Source: a virus | DNA: 64,000 nucleotides | IMG/VR virus record: IMGVR_UViG_3300042484_001840 | Location: 64,001-128,000 of that record | Direction: 5' to 3' (one strand) | In this document: positions 27,893 through 37,506 of the stretch, piece by piece | How the letters are laid out: each line of letters begins with the position of its first letter | Position numbering within the stretch: position 1 is the stretch's first letter | The notes under the pieces: model-generated | The model's database searches: none | Told to the model about the DNA's origin: nothing | Seen by the model: the letters and a program-made list of their open reading frames with translations, nothing else | Program-made: the position numbers and the translations under genes

Positions 27893-28008
27893 CTTTGCGC
27901 GGAAAATCCGTGCGGGGCTATGGGCTTCCCGACGCGCCCGCTAGCCCCGTTGCTTCAAAATCTGGAGACTCACGGTATGGGCAGAACCCCGCAGGGCTTA
28001 GCGCCCCC

Positions 28009-28296
28009 TCAATCGGGGACGCTTGCCCATGCTTCGGCTTCGGTACTGAACTCGCCAAACTCGGAGACGGTACGAACTTCGGTCAGGCTTACGGCTTGAC
28101 GGACAGTAAAGCGACGCTCGCCGTCCCAAGCGAAGCCGTTAGGGTCTTGCTCAGAAGTGACAAAGTAGCCATCGCCGTAGATATCTCCGTGAACCCTTGA
28201 CGCAAACCAGCGCATAGTGCTATCGGAGAAAAAGTGGTAGCCAGCGTCTTTACTAGCCTCCACGAACTCACTTAGTGTCATGGTTGAAATACTCAT
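28009..28296 (-). CDS. Conserved small phage protein
   Basis: G.HFFS..TMRWF.SR...YFVTSE...RRFTVR. Confidence 0.65.
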   Translation of the reverse strand: MSISTMTLSEFVEASKDAGYHFFSDSTMRWFASRVHGDIYGDGYFVTSEQDPNGFAWDGERRFTVRQAVSLTEVRTVSEFGEFSTEAEAWASVPD

Positions 28297-28373
28297 AGTT
28301 ATCTCCTTAGTAGTTGATGGATAAATTATACCGAGGGGGTGTGGCTCAGTTCCCCAAGCCACACCGAAGCCCC

Positions 28374-28541
28374 TCAGAACCGAGGTAGTTGGCTTAGGAC
28401 ATAATCCTCGGCACGGGTGATGTACTTAGCCGTAACAGCGCCTCGTGCTTTTCTATAAGCGAGGTCATAGATACGGTCAGCAACTTCAAAGCCATGCTTA
28501 CGGATAAGAGCCTCGTAAAGTTCATTTTCTGAGAATGTCAT
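28374..28541 (-). CDS. Small protein, paralog family A (divergent)
   Basis: ELYEALIRKHGFEVADRI. Confidence 0.55.
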   Translation of the reverse strand: MTFSENELYEALIRKHGFEVADRIYDLAYRKARGAVTAKYITRAEDYVLSQLPRF

Positions 28542-28636
28542 TATTTTCTCCTTAGTAGTGGTGACAGATATAAGTATACACCCGCCGAGTGTAGAAACTA
28601 CAACCATACGGTGTGTCTCTTGTCACACTACCTAAC

Positions 28637-28772
28637 CGAACAGGTGTTCGCACGGAGACACCGAACAAGTGTTCCCCGAACGGGTGTTCGTACCGAACAA
28701 GTGTTCGCTTGATAAAAATACGCACCGACGCATAAAAATACACCGAACAGGTGTTCTACGAACAGGTGTTCG
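28637..28772. promoter_or_regulatory. Array of six LexA (SOS) boxes
   Basis: CGAAC-N4-GTTC at 28637, 28662, 28677, 28694, 28744 and 28759. Confidence 0.85.
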
Positions 28773-28858
28773 CTTGACAAATGTAGCCACATTACGGAGG
28801 GAATGTGGACACAATAAAAGCACAGAACTAGAACCGATAGCCCCGCTAGACTAAAGAT

Positions 28859-30766
28859 ATGAATGGGCAACTAATACTAGGAACGGACACGCTTGTTGCC
28901 GTGTTCCCGTACGATAAGGCGCAAGTTGCGCGGATCAGAACCATACGCGGGGCTGTATGGGACAACGCATCTAAAACATGGCGGATACCCCTTACTCAAT
29001 TCTCCAAGGCAACAGAATTGGCGTTGGAACTCGGCTGGTGGATTAGCCCCGAAGTAGCAATGCTGAACATACCCAGTGAACCCGTGGACATGATGACGGT
29101 GAACAGCAAAACCGTGAGGCTTTCGTTCTCGTTTGACCCAGTAAAAGTGCGTGCGGTTAAGCGGATACCAGGCATAACTTGGGACAAAAAGACGGCATCG
29201 TGGGAAGCCCCGCTCTCGTCACTATCGGAATGTGCTGACTGGGCGAAGCAGTTTGACATGGAAGTAAGCGAAGATACGCAGACGCAAATATCAGAAATAA
29301 CCGAAACCAGGTCAAAACTGATTGAGCAGTCAAGGCAAACCGATGCTGACCTTGAAGTGGCGGGACTACCACTGCTTCCGTACCAAAGAGCGGGCGTGAA
29401 GTACGCTGCTGAGGCACGCAGATGCTTCATTGCTGACGACATGGGACTTGGTAAAACACTCCAAGCAATCGCAACTCTTGAGTATGTTATGGATAGTTAC
29501 CCCGCAGTTGTTGTCTGCCCACCCACGCTGGTACTGAACTGGAAGAACGAGTACAACAAGTGGCTACCAGGTAGAAATGTTGTCACGGTGAAGAACCGAA
29601 GCGAATTCCCAGACGGGGCTTATGATGTTGTCGTTGTTGGTTACTCAAACATCAACGCATGGGCGAACAAACTCCAAAAGCACCGAAGTTATGTGTTTGA
29701 CGAGTCGCATTACTGCAAAAGTGCTGATGCGCAGCGCACGAAGGCTGCCATCAAGATGGCGAAGTCGGCACCGAAAGAAGGAATTGTTCTTTGTTTGACT
29801 GGTACGCCCGTAACCAACCGCCCCGCTGAATACGCCCCGCAGTTGGACATGCTTGGAAAACTTTCTGATTTTGGTGGCAAATGGGGCTTTTACCGACGAT
29901 ATTGCGCGGCTTTCCGAGACAGATTTGGGCAATGGAACATCTCAGGCAACTCCAACTTGGAAGAACTCAACGACAGACTCCGAGGAAACTGTTATATCCG
30001 AAGAACTAAGGACCAGGTACTGGAAGAACTCCCACCCGTGCGTCACAACACGATCCTGATTGAAGGAACTGATGCGGGGCTGAAGGAGTATCGCAAGGCG
30101 GAAAACGACATCGTAAAATATCTAATGGAGCGTGCACGGCAAATCGCTGAAGAACTTGGTGAATCACCGAACTCCGCTGCTGTGCGAGCAAAAATGAGGG
30201 CAGAACGGAACGAACATTTGATTCGCATCGGCGTTCTTCGGAAGTTAGCCGCTAAAGCGAAGATGCCCGCTGTTATTGAATGGGTTGATGGGCGCATTGA
30301 AGCGGGGCAAAAGGTGGTTATCGCCGCTCACCACCGTGAAATCGTTGATGAACTTGCTCAGAAGTATGGGAACATAAAGATTCAGGGAGGCATGGATGTC
30401 AATGATGTGGAAGCAAACAAGAAGATGTTTCAAGAGAAAAGTGTCACAGAAAGCCCCGTTATCGTTCTTTCCATCCAAGCAGCGAAAACAGGTCACACGC
30501 TGACCGCTTCTCAAGATGTTCTCTTCGTGGAACTTCCATGGACACCGAGCGATGTGGATCAAACTTACTCAAGATGCCACCGACTGGGACAAAAGGGCAG
30601 TGTAACAGCAACTTATCTGCTTTGTCAAGGAACTGTTGATGAAAAAATCTACGATGTCATTGAGCAGAAGCGTGGAGTTGTGAACGCTGCGACTGAAGGA
30701 ACCGAAGTGAGCGGGGCTGGTGGAGAATTGTTTGACCATTACCTCCAACTGTCAATGAAATACTGA
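28859..30766 (+). CDS. SNF2-family (SMARCAL1/HARP-like) helicase/annealing ATPase
   Basis: ADDMGLGKT, DESH, LTGTP and QTYSRCHRLGQ motifs; two N-terminal HARP-like repeats (WD...TW/SW). Confidence 0.88.
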   Translation: MNGQLILGTDTLVAVFPYDKAQVARIRTIRGAVWDNASKTWRIPLTQFSKATELALELGWWISPEVAMLNIPSEPVDMMTVNSKTVRLSFSFDPVKVRAVKRIPGITWDKKTASWEAPLSSLSECADWAKQFDMEVSEDTQTQISEITETRSKLIEQSRQTDADLEVAGLPLLPYQRAGVKYAAEARRCFIADDMGLGKTLQAIATLEYVMDSYPAVVVCPPTLVLNWKNEYNKWLPGRNVVTVKNRSEFPDGAYDVVVVGYSNINAWANKLQKHRSYVFDESHYCKSADAQRTKAAIKMAKSAPKEGIVLCLTGTPVTNRPAEYAPQLDMLGKLSDFGGKWGFYRRYCAAFRDRFGQWNISGNSNLEELNDRLRGNCYIRRTKDQVLEELPPVRHNTILIEGTDAGLKEYRKAENDIVKYLMERARQIAEELGESPNSAAVRAKMRAERNEHLIRIGVLRKLAAKAKMPAVIEWVDGRIEAGQKVVIAAHHREIVDELAQKYGNIKIQGGMDVNDVEANKKMFQEKSVTESPVIVLSIQAAKTGHTLTASQDVLFVELPWTPSDVDQTYSRCHRLGQKGSVTATYLLCQGTVDEKIYDVIEQKRGVVNAATEGTEVSGAGGELFDHYLQLSMKY

Positions 30767-30874
30767 AATCACCCCACCCGTAGTATTCATTTGATAAACT
30801 ATAGGGGCACAGAAAAACTACTACTTGCTATCGGCGTATGCGCCTGACCTTATCCACCGAACAACGGAGCAAAA

Positions 30875-31426
30875 TTGAAACCATCAACTGTAGCGAAGCA
30901 TTATCTAATACCAATTTCTATCATCGCAAGTGCCATCATATTCATCTCAAGTACATTTGGAAGTAATCCAAGTAATCAAACATCGGTCTCTATAACCCCA
31001 ACAGAAACACCAACAACTACTAGCGTTTTGACAACCGAAGCCCCGTCAACTACTACGACAACGCTTCTTCCCCCGAACTGGACTCCACCGACATTGCCGT
31101 CTGATGTTCCATGTCAAGAGTGGACTCAAACAGCACTTGATGCTGGCTGGCATTGGGCGCTCCTACCCGACCTGCTCCGTATTGTATGGCGTGAATCTCG
31201 CTGTCAGAATGTGATTGAAGGTCACCCTCAATGGAATGGACATGACCGAGGACCGCTTCAGATCAATCAGGTGTGGCTTGACGAGATTGAGGCGAAGTAT
31301 GGCACTTGGGAAGTGGTTGACGATCCCCACTACAACTTTGCTTGGGCGTGGGAAATGTACATCTGGTTTGAGGCTAATCGTGGGTGTGGATTTGACCCGT
31401 GGTACAAAACACATTCGTGTAAGTGA
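30875..31426 (+). CDS. Secreted lytic transglycosylase (SLT-like)
   Basis: Signal anchor, Thr-rich linker, WRESRC catalytic Glu, GPLQIN and PW motifs. Confidence 0.72.
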   Translation: MKPSTVAKHYLIPISIIASAIIFISSTFGSNPSNQTSVSITPTETPTTTSVLTTEAPSTTTTTLLPPNWTPPTLPSDVPCQEWTQTALDAGWHWALLPDLLRIVWRESRCQNVIEGHPQWNGHDRGPLQINQVWLDEIEAKYGTWEVVDDPHYNFAWAWEMYIWFEANRGCGFDPWYKTHSCK

Positions 31427-31435
31427 GGAGCAAAA

Positions 31436-31948
31436 ATGAACATATTCAACAAATGGATCATCGGAGTCACCCTCTCCTTCGCAGTCATCGGCGTTTCCTT
31501 ATGCGGGACTGCGGACAACAAGGCAAATGCTGAAAAAATAGTTCCAGCAACAGCACCGATTGACCTTTCGGGAGTGAATTGGACTGAACTCGCTCGTTTT
31601 ATGTATGGAAGATGCGGGGAATACCATGACCTCGCCATCGCAGTCGGCTGGACTGAAGCGCATTGGAAGAAGTTGAGTTTCGTCATGTACCGCGAGTCCC
31701 GCTGTAACACGATGTCGTTCAACAAGAAGGACCCAAACGGTGGAAGTCGTGGACTTATCCAGATCAACGGTTTCTGGTGTAAACCAAGCAAGTACAACAA
31801 ATCTGGCTGGTTACAGGCGCAAGGAATACTTAACACTTGCGAGGATCTGTTCATTCCCGAAGTAAACCTCCGTGCGGGGCTAGCGATGTGGAACTACAGC
31901 CAACAGCGCAACAAGTGCGGCTGGCAGCCATGGGCAACACGGTGCTGA
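31436..31948 (+). CDS. Secreted lytic transglycosylase (SLT-like)
   Basis: Signal peptide, YRESRC, GLIQIN, NLRAG and GWQPW motifs. Confidence 0.78.
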   Translation: MNIFNKWIIGVTLSFAVIGVSLCGTADNKANAEKIVPATAPIDLSGVNWTELARFMYGRCGEYHDLAIAVGWTEAHWKKLSFVMYRESRCNTMSFNKKDPNGGSRGLIQINGFWCKPSKYNKSGWLQAQGILNTCEDLFIPEVNLRAGLAMWNYSQQRNKCGWQPWATRC

Positions 31949-32078
31949 CCCCATTGTTCTGATAAATCTAACGGAACACAAAAGTGCTGGTCAGAGGCTT
32001 TTTTGTCGTATGACTTGCTTTAGATAAATCCATACGCTAGTATTTCATATAAATCCAAACAGATACTAAGGAGAAATA

Positions 32079-33107
32079 ATGGCACATGAACTAGAAATGA
32101 AGGCAGACGGAACAGCGAAGTTCGCTTATTCGCTCAAGGGCGGTATCCCGTGGCATCGCCTCGGAGTCCCGCTTGAAGGTTTACAGACAGTAGACGCAAT
32201 GCTCAAAGCATCGGAAGCCGACTACGAAGTAAAACTCACCAAAGTGGCGGCAGTTGATGATGATGGCAACTTCATTCTTGATGGCAATGGAAAGCCGATC
32301 ATTATTGAAGATACCCGTGCCACTATCCGAGACAACGGAGATGGAACGCTTGACGCACTTTCTTCAGTTGGAACTCGCTATGTGGTCAAACAGAACAGGG
32401 AAGTAGCAGAACGCGCGCTCGCAGTAGTCGGGGCTTCTGAGGGAGAGGCAGTTGTTGACACCGCTGGCGTTCTTCAGAACGGAAAGCGTTTCTTCATGAC
32501 GCTTGACTTAGGATCACTCATCATTGATCCGATGGGTGTGAATGACAAGATCGCTCGCTATCTCGTTGTATCCACGGGACATGACGGAGTGTGGCCAGTT
32601 CGCTACGCAAATACCGACATTCGTGCTGTTTGTAACAATACTGTTCGCCTTGGAATCAAGGAAGCAGAACGAGTGTTCGTGGCACGACATACAAAGAACA
32701 TGGACTCAGCGTTTGACGATGCGAAGGAAGTCTTGCGCATCAGCGTTGACTGGGCGAAGAACTTCAAGGTCATGGCAGAAGAGATGCTGTCTATCGCAGT
32801 CCCGAAAGATTCAGGCAAGGTGGACAAGGTTCTCAACCGAGTCTTCCCCATCAAGAAAGATGAGACGGATCGCCAACGAACGAATCGTGAACGCACCAAC
32901 ATGATTATCCGTTCACTCTACGAATCGGACAAGAACGCTGGTGGTTTCGGACATAACGGCTGGAGTATGTACAACGCCATTGGCGAATACCTTGACCATC
33001 ACCGAGACGCAGAGTTAGATGAGCGAGCATTTGCTTCACTTGACGACAACTCATGGGTGACACGCATCAAGTTGGAAACCCAGCAGGCTGTTCTTTCACT
33101 AGTCTGA
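32079..33107 (+). CDS. DUF932 (phage/plasmid-like, TIGR03299-type) protein
   Basis: MAHE, PWHRLG, VG.RY...QN, GHDG and R.VCNNT motifs. Confidence 0.82.
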   Translation: MAHELEMKADGTAKFAYSLKGGIPWHRLGVPLEGLQTVDAMLKASEADYEVKLTKVAAVDDDGNFILDGNGKPIIIEDTRATIRDNGDGTLDALSSVGTRYVVKQNREVAERALAVVGASEGEAVVDTAGVLQNGKRFFMTLDLGSLIIDPMGVNDKIARYLVVSTGHDGVWPVRYANTDIRAVCNNTVRLGIKEAERVFVARHTKNMDSAFDDAKEVLRISVDWAKNFKVMAEEMLSIAVPKDSGKVDKVLNRVFPIKKDETDRQRTNRERTNMIIRSLYESDKNAGGFGHNGWSMYNAIGEYLDHHRDAELDERAFASLDDNSWVTRIKLETQQAVLSLV

Positions 33108-33176
33108 CAAACATCAAAAATAGAGTCATAATGGGGTGGGACAAAATAGTCCCGCCCCATTCTATTTGGAGAAAAA

Positions 33177-33542
33177 ATGAACTACGAAGGTATGGACCCT
33201 GACAAACTTCATAAAATAGTTCAATCCGCAATCAACCCGCTTGAGGTTTTTCGGAGGGCTTTCTGCCAACGAGTAGTTGAATCGGTGAACAGCCAATTCG
33301 GTGACGAAGGTTTGTACGACTTACTTCTTGGAATAGATGCAGTGGGCAACTTTGGTTCAGTAGTTGTTATCAACCGAGATGAAATAGATAACTATATGTT
33401 TTCAACATTCGGGACTTTTGACGAGTACATGTACGACAAAATCGTCATGTCAGAAGAATGGGCGGACTTCTTGGGTCATGTTATGGCGGAAGCGGGCGCA
33501 ACCTTAGGTAAAATCATTGACGACGCAATGGATAACGACTAA
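33177..33542 (+). CDS. Hypothetical protein
   Basis: GGAG RBS; 121 aa. Confidence 0.6.
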   Translation: MNYEGMDPDKLHKIVQSAINPLEVFRRAFCQRVVESVNSQFGDEGLYDLLLGIDAVGNFGSVVVINRDEIDNYMFSTFGTFDEYMYDKIVMSEEWADFLGHVMAEAGATLGKIIDDAMDND

Positions 33543-33772
33543 CTCCAGCCGTTGATGGGGTGGAACTCAGCGTAAGCAGTGTTATCTGAGAACGCAGTAA
33601 CTACTAATCCAAGTTCCGTAACGAGAAGGTCTGCGACTTGACCGAAATGGTCCCGCATCACTTCTAAGTCAACATCTTCTCCGCCGTCATTCGCCAAATC
33701 AACGAGCAAATCACGAATGTAGTTTGTGATGAAAAGTTGAGCAGTATGAGTTTCTGAAATTTCTGAATTCAT
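33539..33772 (-). CDS. Hypothetical protein
   Basis: ORF track. Confidence 0.5.
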   Translation of the reverse strand: MNSEISETHTAQLFITNYIRDLLVDLANDGGEDVDLEVMRDHFGQVADLLVTELGLVVTAFSDNTAYAEFHPINGWS

Positions 33773-33843
33773 GTTGACAATCTAGCATGATGCTGGTAAC
33801 CTTGTCGGTAACAACCCCACAGGGGAACACGAGGAGAATACGA

Positions 33844-34305
33844 ATGTCAGCATCACCGACAACACTTACAGGAAACCTTGTTTCAGATCCCGAACTCAAG
33901 TTCTTGGATAATGGAACAGCGAAACTATCAGGCTCAATTGCCGTTGGTCACTATTGGACTGACGCATCGGGCGAAAAGCAAGAAAAGACTTCATTCATTG
34001 ACTTCGTTGCTTGGCGTTACCTTGCCGACGACGCAGCACGAGTGTTGGAAAAGGGCGTTCGTATCATTGTTACGGGTCGCCTTGAACAGCGTTCGTGGGA
34101 ACAAGACGGGGCTAAGCGAAGCAAGGTTGAACTTATCGCTGACGACATCGCAGTCGCAGTGAAGTCAATTGAGTCGTTTGACCGTCGCCGTGCTGGTGAA
34201 AAGGGTGCTGTTGCGCCGAAGCCAGCCGCTGCTAGGCAGGCACAACGCCCTGTACTTAAGGCGACACCAACGCAATCCGTAATGGAAGATGCCGAGCCAT
34301 TCTGA
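33844..34305 (+). CDS. ssb: Single-stranded DNA-binding protein
   Basis: GNLVSDPELKF, KGVRIIVTGRLEQRSW, acidic EPF C-terminus. Confidence 0.92.
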   Translation: MSASPTTLTGNLVSDPELKFLDNGTAKLSGSIAVGHYWTDASGEKQEKTSFIDFVAWRYLADDAARVLEKGVRIIVTGRLEQRSWEQDGAKRSKVELIADDIAVAVKSIESFDRRRAGEKGAVAPKPAAARQAQRPVLKATPTQSVMEDAEPF

Positions 34306-34394
34306 GCGAATTCTCGTTCTTCATAGTGTGTCTACTAGGGACATACGCAGTAGTGAAATTGGTTGATGGTCGGGGCAAGAAATAGCCCCGACCA

Positions 34395-34613
34395 TTACCA
34401 TTTCTGATGTATGAATTCCCACACTTCAACTGGCACAGAGTCCTCGTAGTACGGATCAAGGATTGTACCGATGAGTTCCGAAGCAATGTCGGGTCTGACC
34501 ATCGCAAGGAAGTTTGATATCGCCTGCCCTAGTCGTTGACTCTCCCTATTGCGTTCAAAGTAATCGGTTGAGTTACTAAGGAACTCTATGTAGTTCACTC
34601 TGTCCACTCCCAA
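34395..34613 (-). CDS. Hypothetical phage protein
   Basis: QRLGQA..N.L...RPD...DPYY motif. Confidence 0.55.
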   Translation of the reverse strand: MGVDRVNYIEFLSNSTDYFERNRESQRLGQAISNFLAMVRPDIASELIGTILDPYYEDSVPVEVWEFIHQKW

Positions 34614-34858
34614 GTTCCGTTTTGGTGAAGCGTAGCATTTGACGGAGCGTCACAGTTCTTGATGTCCACGAACATTTGCCCGTCGTTCTCCCAAGTAAAG
34701 TTAGCGTTGAGCACTACTGGGCAGGGATTGTCATTATCGGGGTCTACGATGTCTGCTAGGCGTGTTATACCAAGCATAGAGAATATTCCTAGTCCACCCC
34801 AAAAAGTGAAGCGGACTGCTGTGCGGATAGAGTAGTAGAGTGATGTTTTAGTAGTCAT
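34595..34858 (-). CDS. Membrane-anchored hypothetical protein
   Basis: One TM segment. Confidence 0.5.
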   Translation of the reverse strand: MTTKTSLYYSIRTAVRFTFWGGLGIFSMLGITRLADIVDPDNDNPCPVVLNANFTWENDGQMFVDIKNCDAPSNATLHQNGTWEWTE

Positions 34859-34886
34859 AGTTACATTATACAAAACCTATCCATGA

Positions 34887-35354
34887 ATGTCAAGGATTGT
34901 TATGGCAGATAAGATAAACAAAAAATCAGCACCAAGACAGAAAATCTTAGGGATAGAACGGGAAGGCGCATGGGGAAGGGTTGAGTATCTCCATCGGTTG
35001 GCGTGCGGGCATACCGAGCGACGGAAGCGACCAGCGAAAACTGAGATTATCTCTTGTTCGTGGTGCGTGGTTGCGGAAGAGCAAACGGAAGTTCTACAGA
35101 GTTTCGCCACGAAGAGACCACAAAGCCCCGCTGAAGATGATGTTTTTGACAGAATGGGATCGCTGATTGCTGTTTCGGAAAGAGAAGTTTCCAAACTGAA
35201 GGCAGAAATTGCGTCTAAGTTTGATGTTCCTGTGGACTATGTTGATGTTGTCGTGGAAGACGATGACGGGACTCTTTCGGTTTCGTACGCAATTATCTTC
35301 TTGTCAGCGCAAGACATCAAGAACATTCTCGTGGACTCTAAAGAAAATACTTGA
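34887..35354 (+). CDS. Hypothetical protein
   Basis: 155-aa ORF with LACGH...CSWC. Confidence 0.55.
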   Translation: MSRIVMADKINKKSAPRQKILGIEREGAWGRVEYLHRLACGHTERRKRPAKTEIISCSWCVVAEEQTEVLQSFATKRPQSPAEDDVFDRMGSLIAVSEREVSKLKAEIASKFDVPVDYVDVVVEDDDGTLSVSYAIIFLSAQDIKNILVDSKENT

Positions 35355-35420
35355 CATTCACCCACTCACTCAGTAGACTATGGCTAAAGTTACTACTAAC
35401 AACAACAGAAAGATACAATC

Positions 35421-35837
35421 ATGAAGCGACTTATCCCAATTATCATCGCCACCCTCGCACTTACTGCGTGTGGAACTAAAACCGTGTATGTCACCAGCAC
35501 CGAAGCACCCGACACAACTGTAGAAGTTACCGAGACGACTGATGCGCCAATTGCGACTCCTGCGCCTACAGTCCCGTCTTACACTTCAGAAGATGAATTC
35601 ATCGCAGACATCTACAACGAAAACACTGGTCCCATCTACCTTGAAGACCAAGACCTGATTGACACAGGATATGCGGTTTGTGATGGTTTGCGTAGTGGTA
35701 TGACTGGCTACGATGCACTTGATGCAATTGTCTCATCATCTGAAGGTGATACCGCTGTAGAGGAACTGCTTATCAATGTTACAGCATCGGCGGTTGTGAA
35801 CTTCTGCCCTGAGCAGGCATACAAGTTCGGAGAATGA
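35421..35837 (+). CDS. DUF732-like lipoprotein
   Basis: Lipobox LTAC; G.AVC..L..G...SAVVNFCPE. Confidence 0.75.
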   Translation: MKRLIPIIIATLALTACGTKTVYVTSTEAPDTTVEVTETTDAPIATPAPTVPSYTSEDEFIADIYNENTGPIYLEDQDLIDTGYAVCDGLRSGMTGYDALDAIVSSSEGDTAVEELLINVTASAVVNFCPEQAYKFGE

Positions 35838-35838
35838 T

Positions 35839-36024
35839 ATGACCAATAGAGACACTTACGACATTTTGTCATACGAAGAAGAACAGAAGCAATCAAAAAG
35901 CGGGACTAACATTCAGATCAACACCCTGATTGACGCAATGATTGATGCGGAGAAGTGTTTATTCCGTAACAAAGACGAAAACCTAATGCCTGTCAGTGAA
36001 CAAGAATACAAATTAGGAGAATGA
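35839..36024 (+). CDS. Hypothetical protein
   Basis: Position within the operon. Confidence 0.45.
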   Translation: MTNRDTYDILSYEEEQKQSKSGTNIQINTLIDAMIDAEKCLFRNKDENLMPVSEQEYKLGE

Positions 36025-36025
36025 A

Positions 36026-36457
36026 ATGAAGCGACTCGCCTTAATCGCACTACTAGTCCCGTTACTCGTTTCATGTAGCGCAGCCATGAGCAACGAGACA
36101 ACAACTCTTCAGCCGCTACCAACAACGATCAACATTCCCGTTTTTGACACAATTCCCGCACTAGATGGCAAGCCATACACCGACGAAGAGTTCGCGTTTT
36201 TTGATGATGTAACTTTCTTCTACGGGGCTAGTACCGACTTGAGCGATGAGAAACTTCTTGAGTTGGGAGTTACATGGTGTCAGTTAATGATCGGAGGCAT
36301 GAGTGCCGAAGATGTTATCGGGCGGATCAACGAAGGATCAAGCGATAACGCCGATGCTCTTCTTCACTTCTCTGTTGTAAATGCAGGGATTGAGAACTTA
36401 TGCCCCTCGCAGTGGGATAAAGCGGAGTATATTGCTCTCAATTCGTTCTTGCCGTGA
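36026..36457 (+). CDS. DUF732-like lipoprotein
   Basis: Lipobox LVSC; LG..WC.L..G...AGIENLCP. Confidence 0.7.
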   Translation: MKRLALIALLVPLLVSCSAAMSNETTTLQPLPTTINIPVFDTIPALDGKPYTDEEFAFFDDVTFFYGASTDLSDEKLLELGVTWCQLMIGGMSAEDVIGRINEGSSDNADALLHFSVVNAGIENLCPSQWDKAEYIALNSFLP

Positions 36458-36879
36458 TGTCATACGGGACTATCTGAAAGTGTGAGAAACTTTGTGATGG
36501 GGAAAAAAATGAAATTAGCCTCAGTTGGCATCGCCACAATTACTGTTTCGTATGTTTTTTCAGCACTTCTGTTCATGCTTATTGCCATGACTCTCATGAA
36601 CCCTACGCCTCGTGTTCGGGAGATATTCCTACAGCCCCGCACTACGGGTCGTCGGCGTGGTTCGTTGTCTGACTTCACTTCATAGGTTTTTCGGTGAGTC
36701 TGATGTACGGACTTGCCATCGCCTTCGCATAGGCGCGCGAGTGGCTTAGTCCTTCTTGGTGGCGCTGTAGGACATACTCCATAGAGAACGCCCTACTCCA
36801 CCTATTCGCCTTCATCGTTCTGAGTGTTAGTAGTTGGTAGTTCATTGTTGCCCTCCGTTCTAGGGGAACAGTACAGCGG

Positions 36880-37143
36880 TCACCACCCGCTGTACTGTTC
36901 GTATTCTTCCCGTGTTGGTACTTCGTTCAGCATACGCTGGTAGGACTCAACGCAACTCTCAAAGTCGCTGGTCTCGTGCCAATCTTCTTCGGACTTGCCT
37001 TCGTTGGTCTCTAGCCAAAAGCCGTATGACTCGTGGTAGGAGTCGGTTCCGATGAAACTCTCTGATGCCTCATCGTAAGCGTCTTGCGCTTCGTGCCTGT
37101 CTTGGTATGGCTGTTGTAGCCAAGTGTCGTAGTCAACGCCCAT
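36880..37143 (-). CDS. Acidic hypothetical protein
   Basis: Start MGVDYD after ACTACTACAAAGGAG. Confidence 0.6.
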   Translation of the reverse strand: MGVDYDTWLQQPYQDRHEAQDAYDEASESFIGTDSYHESYGFWLETNEGKSEEDWHETSDFESCVESYQRMLNEVPTREEYEQYSGW

Positions 37144-37317
37144 TGTCTTGCTCCTTTGTAGTAGTTGCTTCCTTATGAATACAAGTATAGCGAGAATGTG
37201 TAAGGTTGTCAACCTTTTGTTGGAAAATATTTAGAAATATATTTTTGGGAAATAGTTGACATTCTCTCACTTATCCCGTATAATGTATCTATACACAAAT
37301 CTACTAAAAGGAAAAAT

Positions 37318-37506
37318 ATGAAAATCTTAGAAATCCCCGAAAACGAAACTATTGAAATCATCTCGGCTAATGTCATAGAGTTTTGGCGAGACGGGCAACT
37401 GATGGGCGATACCCACAAGGGTCTAGCCGATACCATTCGCCTGACGGGTATCAAGGGGCTGACAGTAGTCCTGACCGACAGACTCCCCAACGAGAGCGAG
37501 CGGTGA
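37318..37506 (+). CDS. Hypothetical protein
   Basis: TTGACA-17-TATAAT (37256-37284) and CTACTAAAAGGA leader. Confidence 0.6.
   Translation: MKILEIPENETIEIISANVIEFWRDGQLMGDTHKGLADTIRLTGIKGLTVVLTDRLPNESER

Noticed and set aside
28552-28870. ORFs with repeated EHLF/RTPVR/NTCS peptides
   Set aside because: These are translation artefacts of the LexA-box array, and they lack an RBS.
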